Assembly: GCA_046295395.1 (NCBI GenBank)
Contig: JBKBNH010000002.1
Location: 142,056-206,055, forward strand
DNA from: Flavobacteriales bacterium
Lineage (GTDB): Bacteria; Bacteroidota; Bacteroidia; Flavobacteriales_D; JBKBNH01
Direction: 5' to 3'
Length of the DNA: 64,000 nt
Shown here: positions 1 to 9,168 of the stretch, in pieces
How positions within the stretch are numbered: position 1 is the first letter of the stretch
How the letters are laid out: the number at the start of each line of letters is the position of its first letter
Made by a program: the position numbers and the translations under genes
Notes under the pieces: model-generated
Database searches by the model: none
What the model saw: the letters and a program-made list of their open reading frames with translations, nothing else
Told to the model about the DNA's origin: nothing

Positions 1-189
1 ATGTGGGCCTGGTCTAGCCAGCAAGTTCCTGTTCAAAATTATTTCGCTTGGTTTTTTATCTCTTTTGGTTTGCTTTACGGCGCTTTTGCCTTTGTAAAAA
101 CTCTGAAAAACAAAACAGCCTTCCCTCTGTTAGTTATGCAAGTTATATTCTTTGTTGTAATTTTATCTTACTATGGGCTTGGTAATTAA
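1..189 (+). CDS. Membrane protein, C-terminal fragment (gene starts left of window); possibly a carotenoid-cluster membrane protein
   Basis: The frame is open from position 1. The 62 aa are almost entirely hydrophobic (FAWFFISFGLLYGAFAF, LLVMQVIFFVVILSYYGL). The stop overlaps the crtZ start by 17 nt. The family cannot be named from this fragment. Confidence 0.4.
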   Translation: MWAWSSQQVPVQNYFAWFFISFGLLYGAFAFVKTLKNKTAFPLLVMQVIFFVVILSYYGLGN

Positions 190-676
190 TCTTCTAGTCG
201 TTCTTGTTACCTTCTGTGTGATGGAGTTCATGGCTTGGTTCATGCACAAATTTATAATGCATGGCTTCATGTGGTATTTTCACGAAGACCACCACCAACC
301 CACCCCAAAGCTTTTCGGTTTTTTCGAGCGCAACGATATCTTCTTTCTGGTTTTCGCCATACCCAGTTGGCTGTGTATCATGTTGGGAATGATGTGGGGG
401 AACTACGTTTCGGTGTCAGTAGGCGCCGGAATAGCTGTTTATGGCTTTGCCTATTTCCTTGTGCACGAGGTTTTTATACACCGCCGCCTGAATTGGTTCA
501 AAAACTCAGACAATGCATACCTGCGCGCAATTAGAAAGGCACACAAAGTACACCACAAAAAATTAAACAAAGAGGGGGCTGAATGCTTTGGAATGTTGCT
601 TGTTCCGCTCCGTTATTACAAAGAAGCTAGAGAGTCTCTTCAGAAGGAAAAATTAGCTAAAAGAGTAAATACCTGA
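173..676 (+). CDS. crtZ: Beta-carotene 3-hydroxylase (fatty-acid hydroxylase superfamily)
   Basis: 167-aa membrane protein with four His boxes (HKFIMH, HEDHH, HEVFIH, HKVHH). The spacing and size are typical of CrtZ. A lycopene-cyclase-domain gene follows directly. Confidence 0.85.
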   Translation: MGLVINLLVVLVTFCVMEFMAWFMHKFIMHGFMWYFHEDHHQPTPKLFGFFERNDIFFLVFAIPSWLCIMLGMMWGNYVSVSVGAGIAVYGFAYFLVHEVFIHRRLNWFKNSDNAYLRAIRKAHKVHHKKLNKEGAECFGMLLVPLRYYKEARESLQKEKLAKRVNT

Positions 677-680
677 AAAA

Positions 681-1370
681 ATGGGTAATCTTTATTTATA
701 CCTCACCCTCTTTACTTTGCTGGGGCCTCTCGTGCTGAGTTTCGATAAAAAAGTTGCCTTTTATAAATCGTGGAAGCACCTTTTCCCCGGAATCTTTATA
801 ATGAGTCTTATTTTTATAAGTTGGGACGTGGCTTTTGAACACTATGACATTTGGGGGTTTAACGATGATTATCTGATTGGAATTCGTTTTTTTGGCCTTC
901 CTATAGAAGAATGGTTGTTTTTTATAGTGGTTCCTTACGCTTGTGTTTTTATTTATGCCTGTTTAAACGCTTACATTTCATGCGATGTTTTAGAAAAATT
1001 TTACCGTCCGTTTTTGTGGTTGCTGGTTGCTGGTTTGTTTATAACGGGCGTGCTTTTCTACAATCGTCTTTACACTAGCATTACCTTTTTGGGAACTGCC
1101 GGCTACCTTTTTTATCATCTAATTAATAGATCCTACTGGTTGAGCCGCTTTTTACTTGCCTACTTGGTTTCGCTCATTCCTTTTCTATTGGTAAACGGGG
1201 TACTTACCGGTTGGCAAATTGAAAATGAAATAGTTTGGTACAACAGCAGCCATATTTTAAATCTTCGTATCGGTACCATCCCGGTAGAGGATGCTATATA
1301 CAACTTGTTTATGCTATTAATTACCGTTCATGTTTACGAAAATTTAATGCGCCGTTCACAAGGGAAATAG
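681..1370 (+). CDS. Lycopene cyclase domain-containing protein (fused CrtYc/CrtYd type)
   Basis: 229-aa polytopic protein with two copies of the P-x-E-(E/D) cyclase-domain motif (GLPIEEWLFF and TIPVEDAIYN). It starts 4 nt after crtZ. Confidence 0.8.
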   Translation: MGNLYLYLTLFTLLGPLVLSFDKKVAFYKSWKHLFPGIFIMSLIFISWDVAFEHYDIWGFNDDYLIGIRFFGLPIEEWLFFIVVPYACVFIYACLNAYISCDVLEKFYRPFLWLLVAGLFITGVLFYNRLYTSITFLGTAGYLFYHLINRSYWLSRFLLAYLVSLIPFLLVNGVLTGWQIENEIVWYNSSHILNLRIGTIPVEDAIYNLFMLLITVHVYENLMRRSQGK

Positions 1371-1477
1371 CCCTGTTTAAGTAAATTTTTTTAACGCTTT
1401 CGCCAAAATTTGTCATATTTATGGGCAACTAATTTAAAACGAACCGTTTTAATTGAGTCCCCCTAAAGTATGTAGAG

Positions 1478-1837
1478 ATGAAAAAACTATCATTTTCAGT
1501 GATTTTTTTAAGCCTTGCCTCGATTGGCACAGCACAAATAAAATCTAGCGAAGAAAAAAAGCTTAACCTTGTTAGCTCTGAAAATCGAACTGCTATTTCT
1601 GTTCAGCAACCCACTAACGAATATCCCATTAGTGTGGATTCAAGCCCTTCAGATGCACAAAAATTGGAATCAATAAAATCTACTATACAAGCCATCGAAG
1701 AAAAAATTGCTTTTGTAAAAGCTGATGAAAAATTAGACTTCAAAGCAAAACAATCTGATTGGTACAACAGAATGAATTCTACTTTGACTACCCTGAGAGA
1801 AGAACAAACTAAACTCGAAAAAACAACTGGCAAATGA
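1478..1837 (+). CDS. Small secreted hypothetical protein (helical, Glu/Lys-rich)
   Basis: Signal peptide MKKLSFSVIFLSLASIGTAQ. The remainder is charged and helix-prone. Its TGA overlaps the ATG of the next gene (ATGA at 1834-1837). Confidence 0.55.
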   Translation: MKKLSFSVIFLSLASIGTAQIKSSEEKKLNLVSSENRTAISVQQPTNEYPISVDSSPSDAQKLESIKSTIQAIEEKIAFVKADEKLDFKAKQSDWYNRMNSTLTTLREEQTKLEKTTGK

Positions 1838-4662
1838 GAAAATTAACCCTGTCTCTGTTTGCTGTTTTACTTGCTTTTCAAATTTATGCTCAAGGTAATA
1901 CCTGCGCAAATGCAGACCCTTTCTGCACAGGAAACAACTATACCTTTCCGGCGGGGGTAAACCAGACGGCGGCATCTACAGCTGAGCCGGGAAACAACTA
2001 CAACTGCCTAGGTACCTCGCCCAATCCCGCTTGGTATTTCATGGAAATTGACCAACCCGGAAACCTTACCATCAACATGACAAACTCCTCTAATGTTGAT
2101 ATAGATTTTATTCTGTACGGCCCCTACCCCAACTACGCCTCCGCCATGAGCTACTGTGGAAATATGGGGACGGCCGGGTCGGGAGCAACCCTCAACGGCG
2201 TGGTTGACTGTAGTTATTCACCTGCGGCCAATGAAACTGCTGTGATTAATAACGCTCAAAACGGACAAGTATACGTGCTATTAATTACCAACTTCTCTAA
2301 TCAAAACACCAACATTTCTTTTACAAATAGTCCCAACAGCACAGCAACAACCAATTGTAACATCGTAAACCCCTGTACAATAACAAACCTCACGGCCAAT
2401 ATCGGCCCCTGCGATGTAAGCACCGGAAACTACGAAATTATCGGAACCGTAAGTTTTGTTGACCCGCCAACCGTTGGACAGCTCATAATAACCAACTGCA
2501 CTGGCTCCCAAACCGTTTTTAATGCCCCATTTGCTAGCCCGCTCAATTACACCATAAGCAACATACCGGCAGCGGGCACCCCGAATTGCACAGTCTCGGC
2601 AACATTTACCGATGACCCCTCTTGTGCGTTGGCAACTAATCCTTTTACCGAGCCGGCCTGTGTTTGTAATATAAATCTGCTTCAAGCAAATATCGGCTTG
2701 TGCGATATAAACACCAATACCTTCAGCATTAACGGAACAGTTGAATTTACTTTTCCTCCCAACAACGGTCAACTAATAATTACCGATTGTAATGGTAATC
2801 AAAGCACGTTTAATGCTCCCTTCAACAGCCCGCAAGCATACACTATAAATAATATTCCTGCAGACGGAACTACAAATTGTTTTATCACAGCTTCATTTAC
2901 AGCAAACCCAAACTGTTCGTTAACTACTAACAACTACGACAATCCGAGCAACTGTGTTTGCCCTGCTTTTGCGGGAACATACATCGTAAACATGAACGGA
3001 CAGGGGCAAAACAACTATATGCTTTGCGCAAATGACCAGATAACCTTCACGACCAACAATAACTTCAGTTATCCTGCTGATGAAGGGATTATAAACGGCT
3101 CTGCTTATTCCCCCGGCATAGCTTGGCTATTGTATTCCTGTCCACCAACAAACGGTTTAGATCCAATCTCTGACCCTTGTTTTCTGGGTGTTTTTGATGC
3201 TAACACTAACGGAAATACAAATGACGTTAATGATGGTAGTTTAATGGCTGCAATTGGCGGGTTTGTGAATAATCAAACCGTTTATTTTGTTCCTTTTACT
3301 CTTTACAACCTGCCTAATTTGACTTACAATCTGGATTGCTGGCATATGGGGGCTCCCGTTCAGGTGACCTATTTAAATCCTATTATTACAAATGTTGTAG
3401 ACGACTGTATAGTTGGTACCGTTTCTGTAACTGTTTCAGGCGGAATGCCTTCTGTTCTGGGGGGTGATTTTACGGGATTCAACCTGCTGCCACCTGCTGC
3501 CAATTTAACCTCAAATACCGTTGCCAATGGTGGAGCTTTTGTGATTAACAACCTACAAGGTGGGGATAACTATTCGCTTAGCATAACAGATGCTAATGGA
3601 TGCCAAACAACTGTAACTGGTGGGCCTTTTGGCGCGCCGCCAAATGCAAATGCAGGGCCGGATGTAACAATCTGCGAGGGACAGTCGATAAACTTGTCTG
3701 CCTCTGGTGGTGTTACCTATAGTTGGTCTCCTGTGATTGGATTAAGTAATCCTAATGTCGCAAACCCGGTTGCATCGCCCACAGAAACCACTACGTATAC
3801 CGTTACTGTTACCAATACATGTGGGTCCAATTCTGATGACATGACTGTTACCGTAAATCCACTTCCTATAATTGATTTTTTGGCTGACCAACGAGACGGC
3901 TGTAGTCCGGTTTCAACCACATTTACAAATAACAATCCCATGGCGGGAGCAAGTTGCCTTTGGAATTTTGGCGATGGCTTTGCTTCCCAAAATTGCGGCC
4001 CCGTAGCCCATATATACACTACTCCCGGATGTTATAATGTTTCGCTTACCGTTACTGCTGGGGGCTGTTCAAGTACCGAAACGATTGCTTCTTACATCTG
4101 TGTGTTTGCCAATCCTGTGGCAAATTTCATTCACGAACCGCAACCGACAGATGTTATGAATCCAGTAGTAAATTTTGTTAACCTATCCTCGGCAAACGCC
4201 ACCACCTTGAGTTGGGAATTTGGTTTTGCAGCAAACCCCGCCTCATCAAATTCTTCTAATCCCACAGTGATTTACCCAAACGCCAATCCGGGAACTTATC
4301 AGGCTTGTCTGGAAGTAATTACCGCTGATGGTTGCCAAGACATCATATGCAAACCCGTTGTAATAAACGACGTAGTATTGGTTTATGTGCCCAACGCATT
4401 TACTCCTGATGGAGATGGGATTAATGATGTTTTCATTCCGGTATTAAGTGGTGTAGATGCAACTCAATATGAATTTTATGTGTTTAATCGTTGGGGCGAT
4501 GTCGTATTTCAAACCGATTCGCCAAATAAAGGCTGGGATGGTTTTCACAAAGGAATTCGAGCTAAAGAAGACGTTTATGTTTGGCGAGTAAAGTTCCGCG
4601 ACAACATTCTGGGAGAGGTCTACGAACGCACAGGGCATGTTTCTCTGTTTGGCTGGGAATAA
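1834..4662 (+). CDS. T9SS type B sorting domain (gliding motility-associated C-terminal domain, CHU_C) surface protein with PKD-like domains
   Basis: 942 aa with a signal peptide and a Cys/Asn/Thr-rich body. PKD-like segments are present (GPDVTICEGQSINLSASGG; DGCSPVSTTFTN...WNFGDG). The C-terminus VYVPNAFTPDGDGINDVFIP...YVWRVKF matches the CHU_C/type B T9SS signature. Confidence 0.85.
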   Translation: MRKLTLSLFAVLLAFQIYAQGNTCANADPFCTGNNYTFPAGVNQTAASTAEPGNNYNCLGTSPNPAWYFMEIDQPGNLTINMTNSSNVDIDFILYGPYPNYASAMSYCGNMGTAGSGATLNGVVDCSYSPAANETAVINNAQNGQVYVLLITNFSNQNTNISFTNSPNSTATTNCNIVNPCTITNLTANIGPCDVSTGNYEIIGTVSFVDPPTVGQLIITNCTGSQTVFNAPFASPLNYTISNIPAAGTPNCTVSATFTDDPSCALATNPFTEPACVCNINLLQANIGLCDINTNTFSINGTVEFTFPPNNGQLIITDCNGNQSTFNAPFNSPQAYTINNIPADGTTNCFITASFTANPNCSLTTNNYDNPSNCVCPAFAGTYIVNMNGQGQNNYMLCANDQITFTTNNNFSYPADEGIINGSAYSPGIAWLLYSCPPTNGLDPISDPCFLGVFDANTNGNTNDVNDGSLMAAIGGFVNNQTVYFVPFTLYNLPNLTYNLDCWHMGAPVQVTYLNPIITNVVDDCIVGTVSVTVSGGMPSVLGGDFTGFNLLPPAANLTSNTVANGGAFVINNLQGGDNYSLSITDANGCQTTVTGGPFGAPPNANAGPDVTICEGQSINLSASGGVTYSWSPVIGLSNPNVANPVASPTETTTYTVTVTNTCGSNSDDMTVTVNPLPIIDFLADQRDGCSPVSTTFTNNNPMAGASCLWNFGDGFASQNCGPVAHIYTTPGCYNVSLTVTAGGCSSTETIASYICVFANPVANFIHEPQPTDVMNPVVNFVNLSSANATTLSWEFGFAANPASSNSSNPTVIYPNANPGTYQACLEVITADGCQDIICKPVVINDVVLVYVPNAFTPDGDGINDVFIPVLSGVDATQYEFYVFNRWGDVVFQTDSPNKGWDGFHKGIRAKEDVYVWRVKFRDNILGEVYERTGHVSLFGWE
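2374..2958 (+). repeat. Tandem duplication of a ~97-aa Cys-framed module inside the 942-aa surface protein
   Basis: Copy 1 (2374-2664) is CTITNLTANIGPCDVSTGNYEIIGTVSF..GQLIITNCTGSQTVFNAPFASPLNYTISNIPAAGTPNC. Copy 2 (2665-2958) is CNINLLQANIGLCDINTNTFSINGTVEF..GQLIITDCNGNQSTFNAPFNSPQAYTINNIPADGTTNC. They are collinear with conserved Cys positions. Confidence 0.8.
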
Positions 4663-4716
4663 TTACTTATTGGTTTATTTGTCTGTAAACTATTTGTTAG
4701 ATTAAAGTCTTAAAGT

Positions 4717-5196
4717 ATGAAAAAAAATATGTTTGCTTTATCTCTATTGTTTTTATTTATATCTACCTCTCAAACCCAAATAAAGGTTTACAAGGGAACA
4801 TCGTCTTTCAGTAATGACTTGATATTCAACTTAAATAATAATAAAGTTTATAAAAAAAATTCCAGTTTTTTTTCGGATATAGTCTGTAACATCAGTGGTA
4901 AAAAAATATACAAAGGCAATAGTTCATTTTCAAAAGACATCGTATACACCCTTTCAGCAGACAAGGTTTATACTGGTAATTCTACGTTCAGCCAAGACGT
5001 GGCGATGACGATTAAAAACGGCAAAATATATAGGGGTAACTCTGCATTTAGTAAAGACATTATTGCAACTATTAAAGGTGGAAATGTTTATTCGGGCAAC
5101 TCTTCGTTCTCAAAAGATATTTTATTTAGAATAGATGGAAAAGTAACAATGATAGAGCTAGTAGCTATTTGGTATTCTGTAAATTATGCGTACTGA
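4717..5196 (+). CDS. Small secreted repeat protein (six 20-aa repeats), family unknown
   Basis: Signal peptide MKKNMFALSLLFLFISTSQTQ is followed by six K-[VI]-Y-x-G-N-S-x-F-S-x-D-[IV]-x(3)-[IL]-x(3) units and a hydrophobic tail VTMIELVAIWYSVNYAY. Confidence 0.6.
   Translation: MKKNMFALSLLFLFISTSQTQIKVYKGTSSFSNDLIFNLNNNKVYKKNSSFFSDIVCNISGKKIYKGNSSFSKDIVYTLSADKVYTGNSTFSQDVAMTIKNGKIYRGNSAFSKDIIATIKGGNVYSGNSSFSKDILFRIDGKVTMIELVAIWYSVNYAY
4783..5142 (+). repeat. Six tandem 60-nt (20-codon) coding repeats
   Basis: The units are KVYKGTSSFSNDLIFNLNNN, KVYKKNSSFFSDIVCNISGK, KIYKGNSSFSKDIVYTLSAD, KVYTGNSTFSQDVAMTIKNG, KIYRGNSAFSKDIIATIKGG and NVYSGNSSFSKDILFRIDGK. They are in exact 60-nt register. 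Confidence 0.85.
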
Positions 5197-5337
5197 GAGG
5201 TTTGTGGTTTTAAACATTTGATTTGACACAATCATTTATTCGTCTATTAAATTATGTCTAGCTCCGAATAAGGTATGTTTTATTTACTTATGCGTACTAA
5301 ACGCCCGTAAATGCTTGTTTAAAATTTTTTCCTGTAT

Positions 5338-7401
5338 TCAAAAATATACTCCCCATTTATATTTTGGTTGTTTATAAATTTTATAAGCGTACGAGGGATT
5401 AGATGCATCCATTGGGGGCAAGAAAATTTTGGCTGTTCCAAATAAATTAGTACGGTAGGTTTGCGCTTTTTTAGCTGATTTAACAGTTGATTCCGGTGTT
5501 GTGGGATAGAAAGTGATGCTGTATTTTTTTCTTTTTTTCAAGCCTTTTACTTTTAAAATCCCTTCGTTTTGTTTCAGTGGCTTTGGCCCTCCGGTTGAGG
5601 TGTATTTATCCTCAAATCTCGGGTTACGAAAATCCGCTTTTATTCCTTTTTCGGCCATGCGAATGTTGTCTTCTGTTACGCAAGGTTCTTTTAGTGCTTC
5701 ATTGGTTTTTATGTGTTTCATGCAATTGTCGGACTCCATGAGGTTTCTCCAGTGATACGAGGCATTAGCCACCCATCCGTACACAGCGTTTTTATCGGCG
5801 TTTTTTAGGTAATACGATTCTACAAGCGTCTTATGGGTTGATTTTTTGTTGCGCCACCGATAAACATTTATTTCGCTTTTAAGCCCGTTTTTTTTATGTT
5901 TAAAATAATCATCAAGGTTGTTATATACTTTATAGTATTCATTTAGATGAATTCCCCTGTCCCACCACCAGTGCATGCCTGTGCCAAAAGTGCCCATAAA
6001 TGAAGTTGCCCAAGTGTTTTGATAAAAATCAATGGGCGTACAGCAATAAAAAGGCACATAATCACTATTGGCTGAGGAATTTGCATTATAGCCCATTTCT
6101 TCGAAAATAAATGGCTTTTTCCATTTCTTCCATACGGTGTGAGCCTCGTTGTAATTCCACTTGTAATTCATGTCTTTGGTTTCGCCGTATTTGTGTATAC
6201 CATTTACATCATTCAGGTTAAATGCAAATTTCTTTGGGTTAGATTTTTCCGCACCAGCCAATGACGCATAAGTATTCATATACAGAATTCTTTCATAGCC
6301 CAAATCTTCTTTATAATAGTCCCGAATTTCCTTAAGCCATGCTGTAAGAGTAGTTAGGGCTTGCTTTTCATTCAGGTTCTCGTCTTTCATGTAATCTTTG
6401 TAAAAATTGTCCAGCTCGCTGTAGCTATACATGGCAAAGTTGGTGGAATAGCCCCATCTGGAAAAAATATACCGCAGGGTGTTTTTCTGTAAGCGCAGCA
6501 TTTCAGGGTCTTTAAAGTATTGATCTCGGGATATGCCGAATTCGTTTTTATATGGGTTATTGTCCCACTGCACAATCTCCCAGTCGCCATAGCCCTTCAT
6601 CAGCTCTACATGATGCCTGAAGAGAATAAAATACAATCCTGCATCTTCGCAAAACTCAAAAATCTTGTCGAGCTGCCACATGGCGGGCATTTGTCGGGAA
6701 TAGTCTTTGGCATCGTACCAATCGGGTAAGTAGCACTGCCCGCCTAGCTCAAGTCTGAAAAAGTTTCCTCCGTTATCAGCCAGTTGTTTCAACCAAGCGA
6801 GGTGTTGTACGGCATCTTTTGGAGAGTAGGTGTCGTAACTGGCGTGAGTAATATTGTGGCCGATGGCAAAAAAAGGCTCTTCTTTTTCAGAAAAGTGCAA
6901 AATTCGCTTTCCTTTTTCAGCGCATAAATACCCGCGGCTTTGTGAGGGCAGACAAGAAAATTTTAGCGTTGTCGATTGGTTGAGCGCTTTCTCTTTGGTT
7001 ATTAAGGAAACGGTAACCGACCACTCTCCTATTTCGTCAGGGGCAAAACGAATTCTCCAGTCAAAAGAAGACGTGTCTGCCTTCCATGCGTCTTGTTCTA
7101 TATCTGCCTGATAGGGGCGATAATAGAATCCATAAATTTTGCGAACATTTCCCGAAGGGGCTTCAAATGCCGCCTCAACATTTATATCGTTTGGCTCAAA
7201 AGGATTCAAGCCGATTTTTTTGTTTCTGAAAAACTGTCCGATAAACATGTTTAATTCCGAAGGGGACATAACTCCCAGTTCGAGTTTTTTATGTTTTCCT
7301 ACTTCGTTTGTTGTGCCACTAGGATTTATCCAAGCTACGTTTAATGGTTCTGCAAATAATAAAACAGGCCAAAAACTAAAAAGAAATATGAGCGTGCGCA
7401 T
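5338..7401 (-). CDS. Secreted putative glycoside hydrolase (DUF5060-like N-terminal Ig domain + GH5-like TIM barrel)
   Basis: 687 aa with a signal peptide. The N-terminal segment FDWRIRFAPDEIGEWSVTV resembles DUF5060. The central region carries barrel-type acidic motifs (GGNFFRLELGG, PFIFEEMGY). The call rests on motif resemblance only. Confidence 0.5.
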   Translation of the reverse strand: MRTLIFLFSFWPVLLFAEPLNVAWINPSGTTNEVGKHKKLELGVMSPSELNMFIGQFFRNKKIGLNPFEPNDINVEAAFEAPSGNVRKIYGFYYRPYQADIEQDAWKADTSSFDWRIRFAPDEIGEWSVTVSLITKEKALNQSTTLKFSCLPSQSRGYLCAEKGKRILHFSEKEEPFFAIGHNITHASYDTYSPKDAVQHLAWLKQLADNGGNFFRLELGGQCYLPDWYDAKDYSRQMPAMWQLDKIFEFCEDAGLYFILFRHHVELMKGYGDWEIVQWDNNPYKNEFGISRDQYFKDPEMLRLQKNTLRYIFSRWGYSTNFAMYSYSELDNFYKDYMKDENLNEKQALTTLTAWLKEIRDYYKEDLGYERILYMNTYASLAGAEKSNPKKFAFNLNDVNGIHKYGETKDMNYKWNYNEAHTVWKKWKKPFIFEEMGYNANSSANSDYVPFYCCTPIDFYQNTWATSFMGTFGTGMHWWWDRGIHLNEYYKVYNNLDDYFKHKKNGLKSEINVYRWRNKKSTHKTLVESYYLKNADKNAVYGWVANASYHWRNLMESDNCMKHIKTNEALKEPCVTEDNIRMAEKGIKADFRNPRFEDKYTSTGGPKPLKQNEGILKVKGLKKRKKYSITFYPTTPESTVKSAKKAQTYRTNLFGTAKIFLPPMDASNPSYAYKIYKQPKYKWGVYF

Positions 7402-7468
7402 AGCGTGCGTTTATTAGTTGGATTAAAAGTACTCATTCTTTGGCAAGAAAATAAAAATGTGGCCCATT

Positions 7469-7496
7469 AAAAAAGGCAGCCCAATGAAGCTGCCTT
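7469..7496 (-). terminator. Rho-independent terminator downstream of the aldehyde dehydrogenase gene
   Basis: Stem AAGGCAGC (7473-7480) pairs with GCTGCCTT (7489-7496) around an 8-nt loop. On the minus strand it is followed by a T-run (plus-strand A-run at 7469-7474). Confidence 0.6.
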
Positions 7497-7522
7497 GATG
7501 TTTTTCTTGCTTTTGCAGTAAA

Positions 7523-9079
7523 TTACAAATCAAATTTTATCCCTTGAGCCAAAGGAAGTTCTGCGGTGTAATTAATCGTGTTGGTTTGTCTGCGCATGTA
7601 TATTTTCCAAGAATCAGAGCCCGACTCACGCCCTCCGCCGGTGTCTTTTTCACCTCCAAAAGCTCCGCCTATTTCAGCACCACTTGTTCCAATGTTTACA
7701 TTGGCAATGCCGCAGTCTGAACCGGCCTGAGAAAGAAACTGTTCGGCTTCTCTCAGGTTGGTGGTCATAATTGCCGAAGAAAGACCCTGGTCAACTCCAT
7801 TTTGAAGAGCTATGGCTTCCTCCAGGGTCTTCTTATATTTAATCAAATACAAAATAGGAGCAAAGGTTTCTTCCTGAACAATGTGGTAGTGGTTTTCTAC
7901 CTCAAAAATAGCCGGTTTAACGTAGCAACCGCTTTCGTAACCCTCGCCGGTCAATACTTCTCCATCTACCACAATCTTTCCGCCTTCGGCCTTACATTTT
8001 GCTATAGCCGCCATAAACATATCCACGGCAGCCCTATCGATTAGCGGGCCAACGTGGTTAGTTTGATCCAAAGGGCTTCCTATCTTTAGTTGACCGTATG
8101 CTTTTTTCAATCGCTCCTTAACCTCTTCGTAAACCGACTCGTGAATAATAAGTCGGCGAGTAGAGGTGCATCGCTGTCCGGCTGTGCCAACAGCCCCAAA
8201 AACAGCCCCGATAATAGTCATGTTGAGGCCGGCATTCGGCGTAATAATAATGGCATTATTCCCTCCAAGCTCTAAAAGGCTGCGCCCTAATCTGCGTCCT
8301 ACCGTTTCGCCCACAGATCTTCCCATTCGGGTAGAACCCGTTGCAGAAACTAAGGGTACACGCTTGTCTTCAGACATCATTTTGCCTAAATCGGCTCCAC
8401 CTATTACCAAGCAAGATACTCCGTCAGGAACATTGTTGTTTTTAAATACTCTATTGATGATATTTTGGCAGGCAATAGCACATAATGGTGTTTTTTCAGA
8501 TGGTTTCCAAATGCACACATCGCCACAAATCCAAGCCAAGGCTGTATTCCAACTCCAAACGGCTACCGGGAAATTAAACGCCGAAATAATTCCAACAATC
8601 CCGAGGGGATGATATTGTTCGTACATCCTGTGCCCCGGGCGCTCGCTGTGCATGGTAAGCCCATGGAGTTGACGAGATAGACCAACAGCAAAATCACATA
8701 TATCAATCATTTCCTGCACTTCGCCAAGCCCTTCCTGAAGCGACTTGCCCATTTCGTAGGACACTAGTTTTCCAAGGTCTTCTTTGCATGCGCGCAATTC
8801 TTCGCCAAACTGACGAACAATTTCGCCTCGTTTAGGTGCGGGCATAAGTCTCCAGGTTTTAAATGCCTCCTGAGCTTTTGTAATGCAGGCTTCGTATTCG
8901 GCCTCGGTTGCCGACGTTACAGAGCCTATTAAACTTCCGTCAACCGGAGAGTAAGATTCTATTTTTTCTCCTCGGGTGCTGAACCAATGGGTTCCGGCTG
9001 CTGCGCCTCTGTTTTCTGTGGAAACCCCCAACCTGCCAAGCACCCCGGCTATGGCTTCGTTTTGTGCTATCGTTGTCAT
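7523..9079 (-). CDS. Aldehyde dehydrogenase, ALDH7 / L-piperidine-6-carboxylate (alpha-aminoadipic semialdehyde) dehydrogenase-like
   Basis: 518 aa with the ALDH core motifs (ELGGNNAIII, catalytic-Cys region GTAGQRCTSTRRL, WKPSEKTP). The overall pattern is that of the ALDH7 subfamily. Subfamily assignment is from memory of that family. Confidence 0.75.
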   Translation of the reverse strand: MTTIAQNEAIAGVLGRLGVSTENRGAAAGTHWFSTRGEKIESYSPVDGSLIGSVTSATEAEYEACITKAQEAFKTWRLMPAPKRGEIVRQFGEELRACKEDLGKLVSYEMGKSLQEGLGEVQEMIDICDFAVGLSRQLHGLTMHSERPGHRMYEQYHPLGIVGIISAFNFPVAVWSWNTALAWICGDVCIWKPSEKTPLCAIACQNIINRVFKNNNVPDGVSCLVIGGADLGKMMSEDKRVPLVSATGSTRMGRSVGETVGRRLGRSLLELGGNNAIIITPNAGLNMTIIGAVFGAVGTAGQRCTSTRRLIIHESVYEEVKERLKKAYGQLKIGSPLDQTNHVGPLIDRAAVDMFMAAIAKCKAEGGKIVVDGEVLTGEGYESGCYVKPAIFEVENHYHIVQEETFAPILYLIKYKKTLEEAIALQNGVDQGLSSAIMTTNLREAEQFLSQAGSDCGIANVNIGTSGAEIGGAFGGEKDTGGGRESGSDSWKIYMRRQTNTINYTAELPLAQGIKFDL

Positions 9080-9097
9080 TACTTATAAATGTTTTTG

Positions 9098-9105
9098 CAA
9101 AGGTA
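9098..9105 (-). promoter_or_regulatory. Bacteroidetes-type -7 promoter box (TAnnTTTG)
   Basis: The minus strand reads TACCTTTG, 18 nt upstream of the ALDH start codon. Confidence 0.45.
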
Positions 9106-9168
9106 ACCCTCCTGATTGAATAGAAGGAAAAAAGACCTCCTTGTTTAAAGAAATTTTTGAAATAATGG

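Noticed and set aside
235-534. 99-aa plus-strand ORF overlapping crtZ in another frame
   Set aside because: The crtZ frame carries all four His boxes. The alternative frame is Arg/Pro-rich with no motif.
2281-2772. 163-aa minus-strand ORF inside the 942-aa surface-protein gene (also 3369-3551, 3717-4019 and 4444-4638)
   Set aside because: These ORFs are antisense to a well-supported long CDS and have no recognisable motifs. They are typical shadow ORFs.
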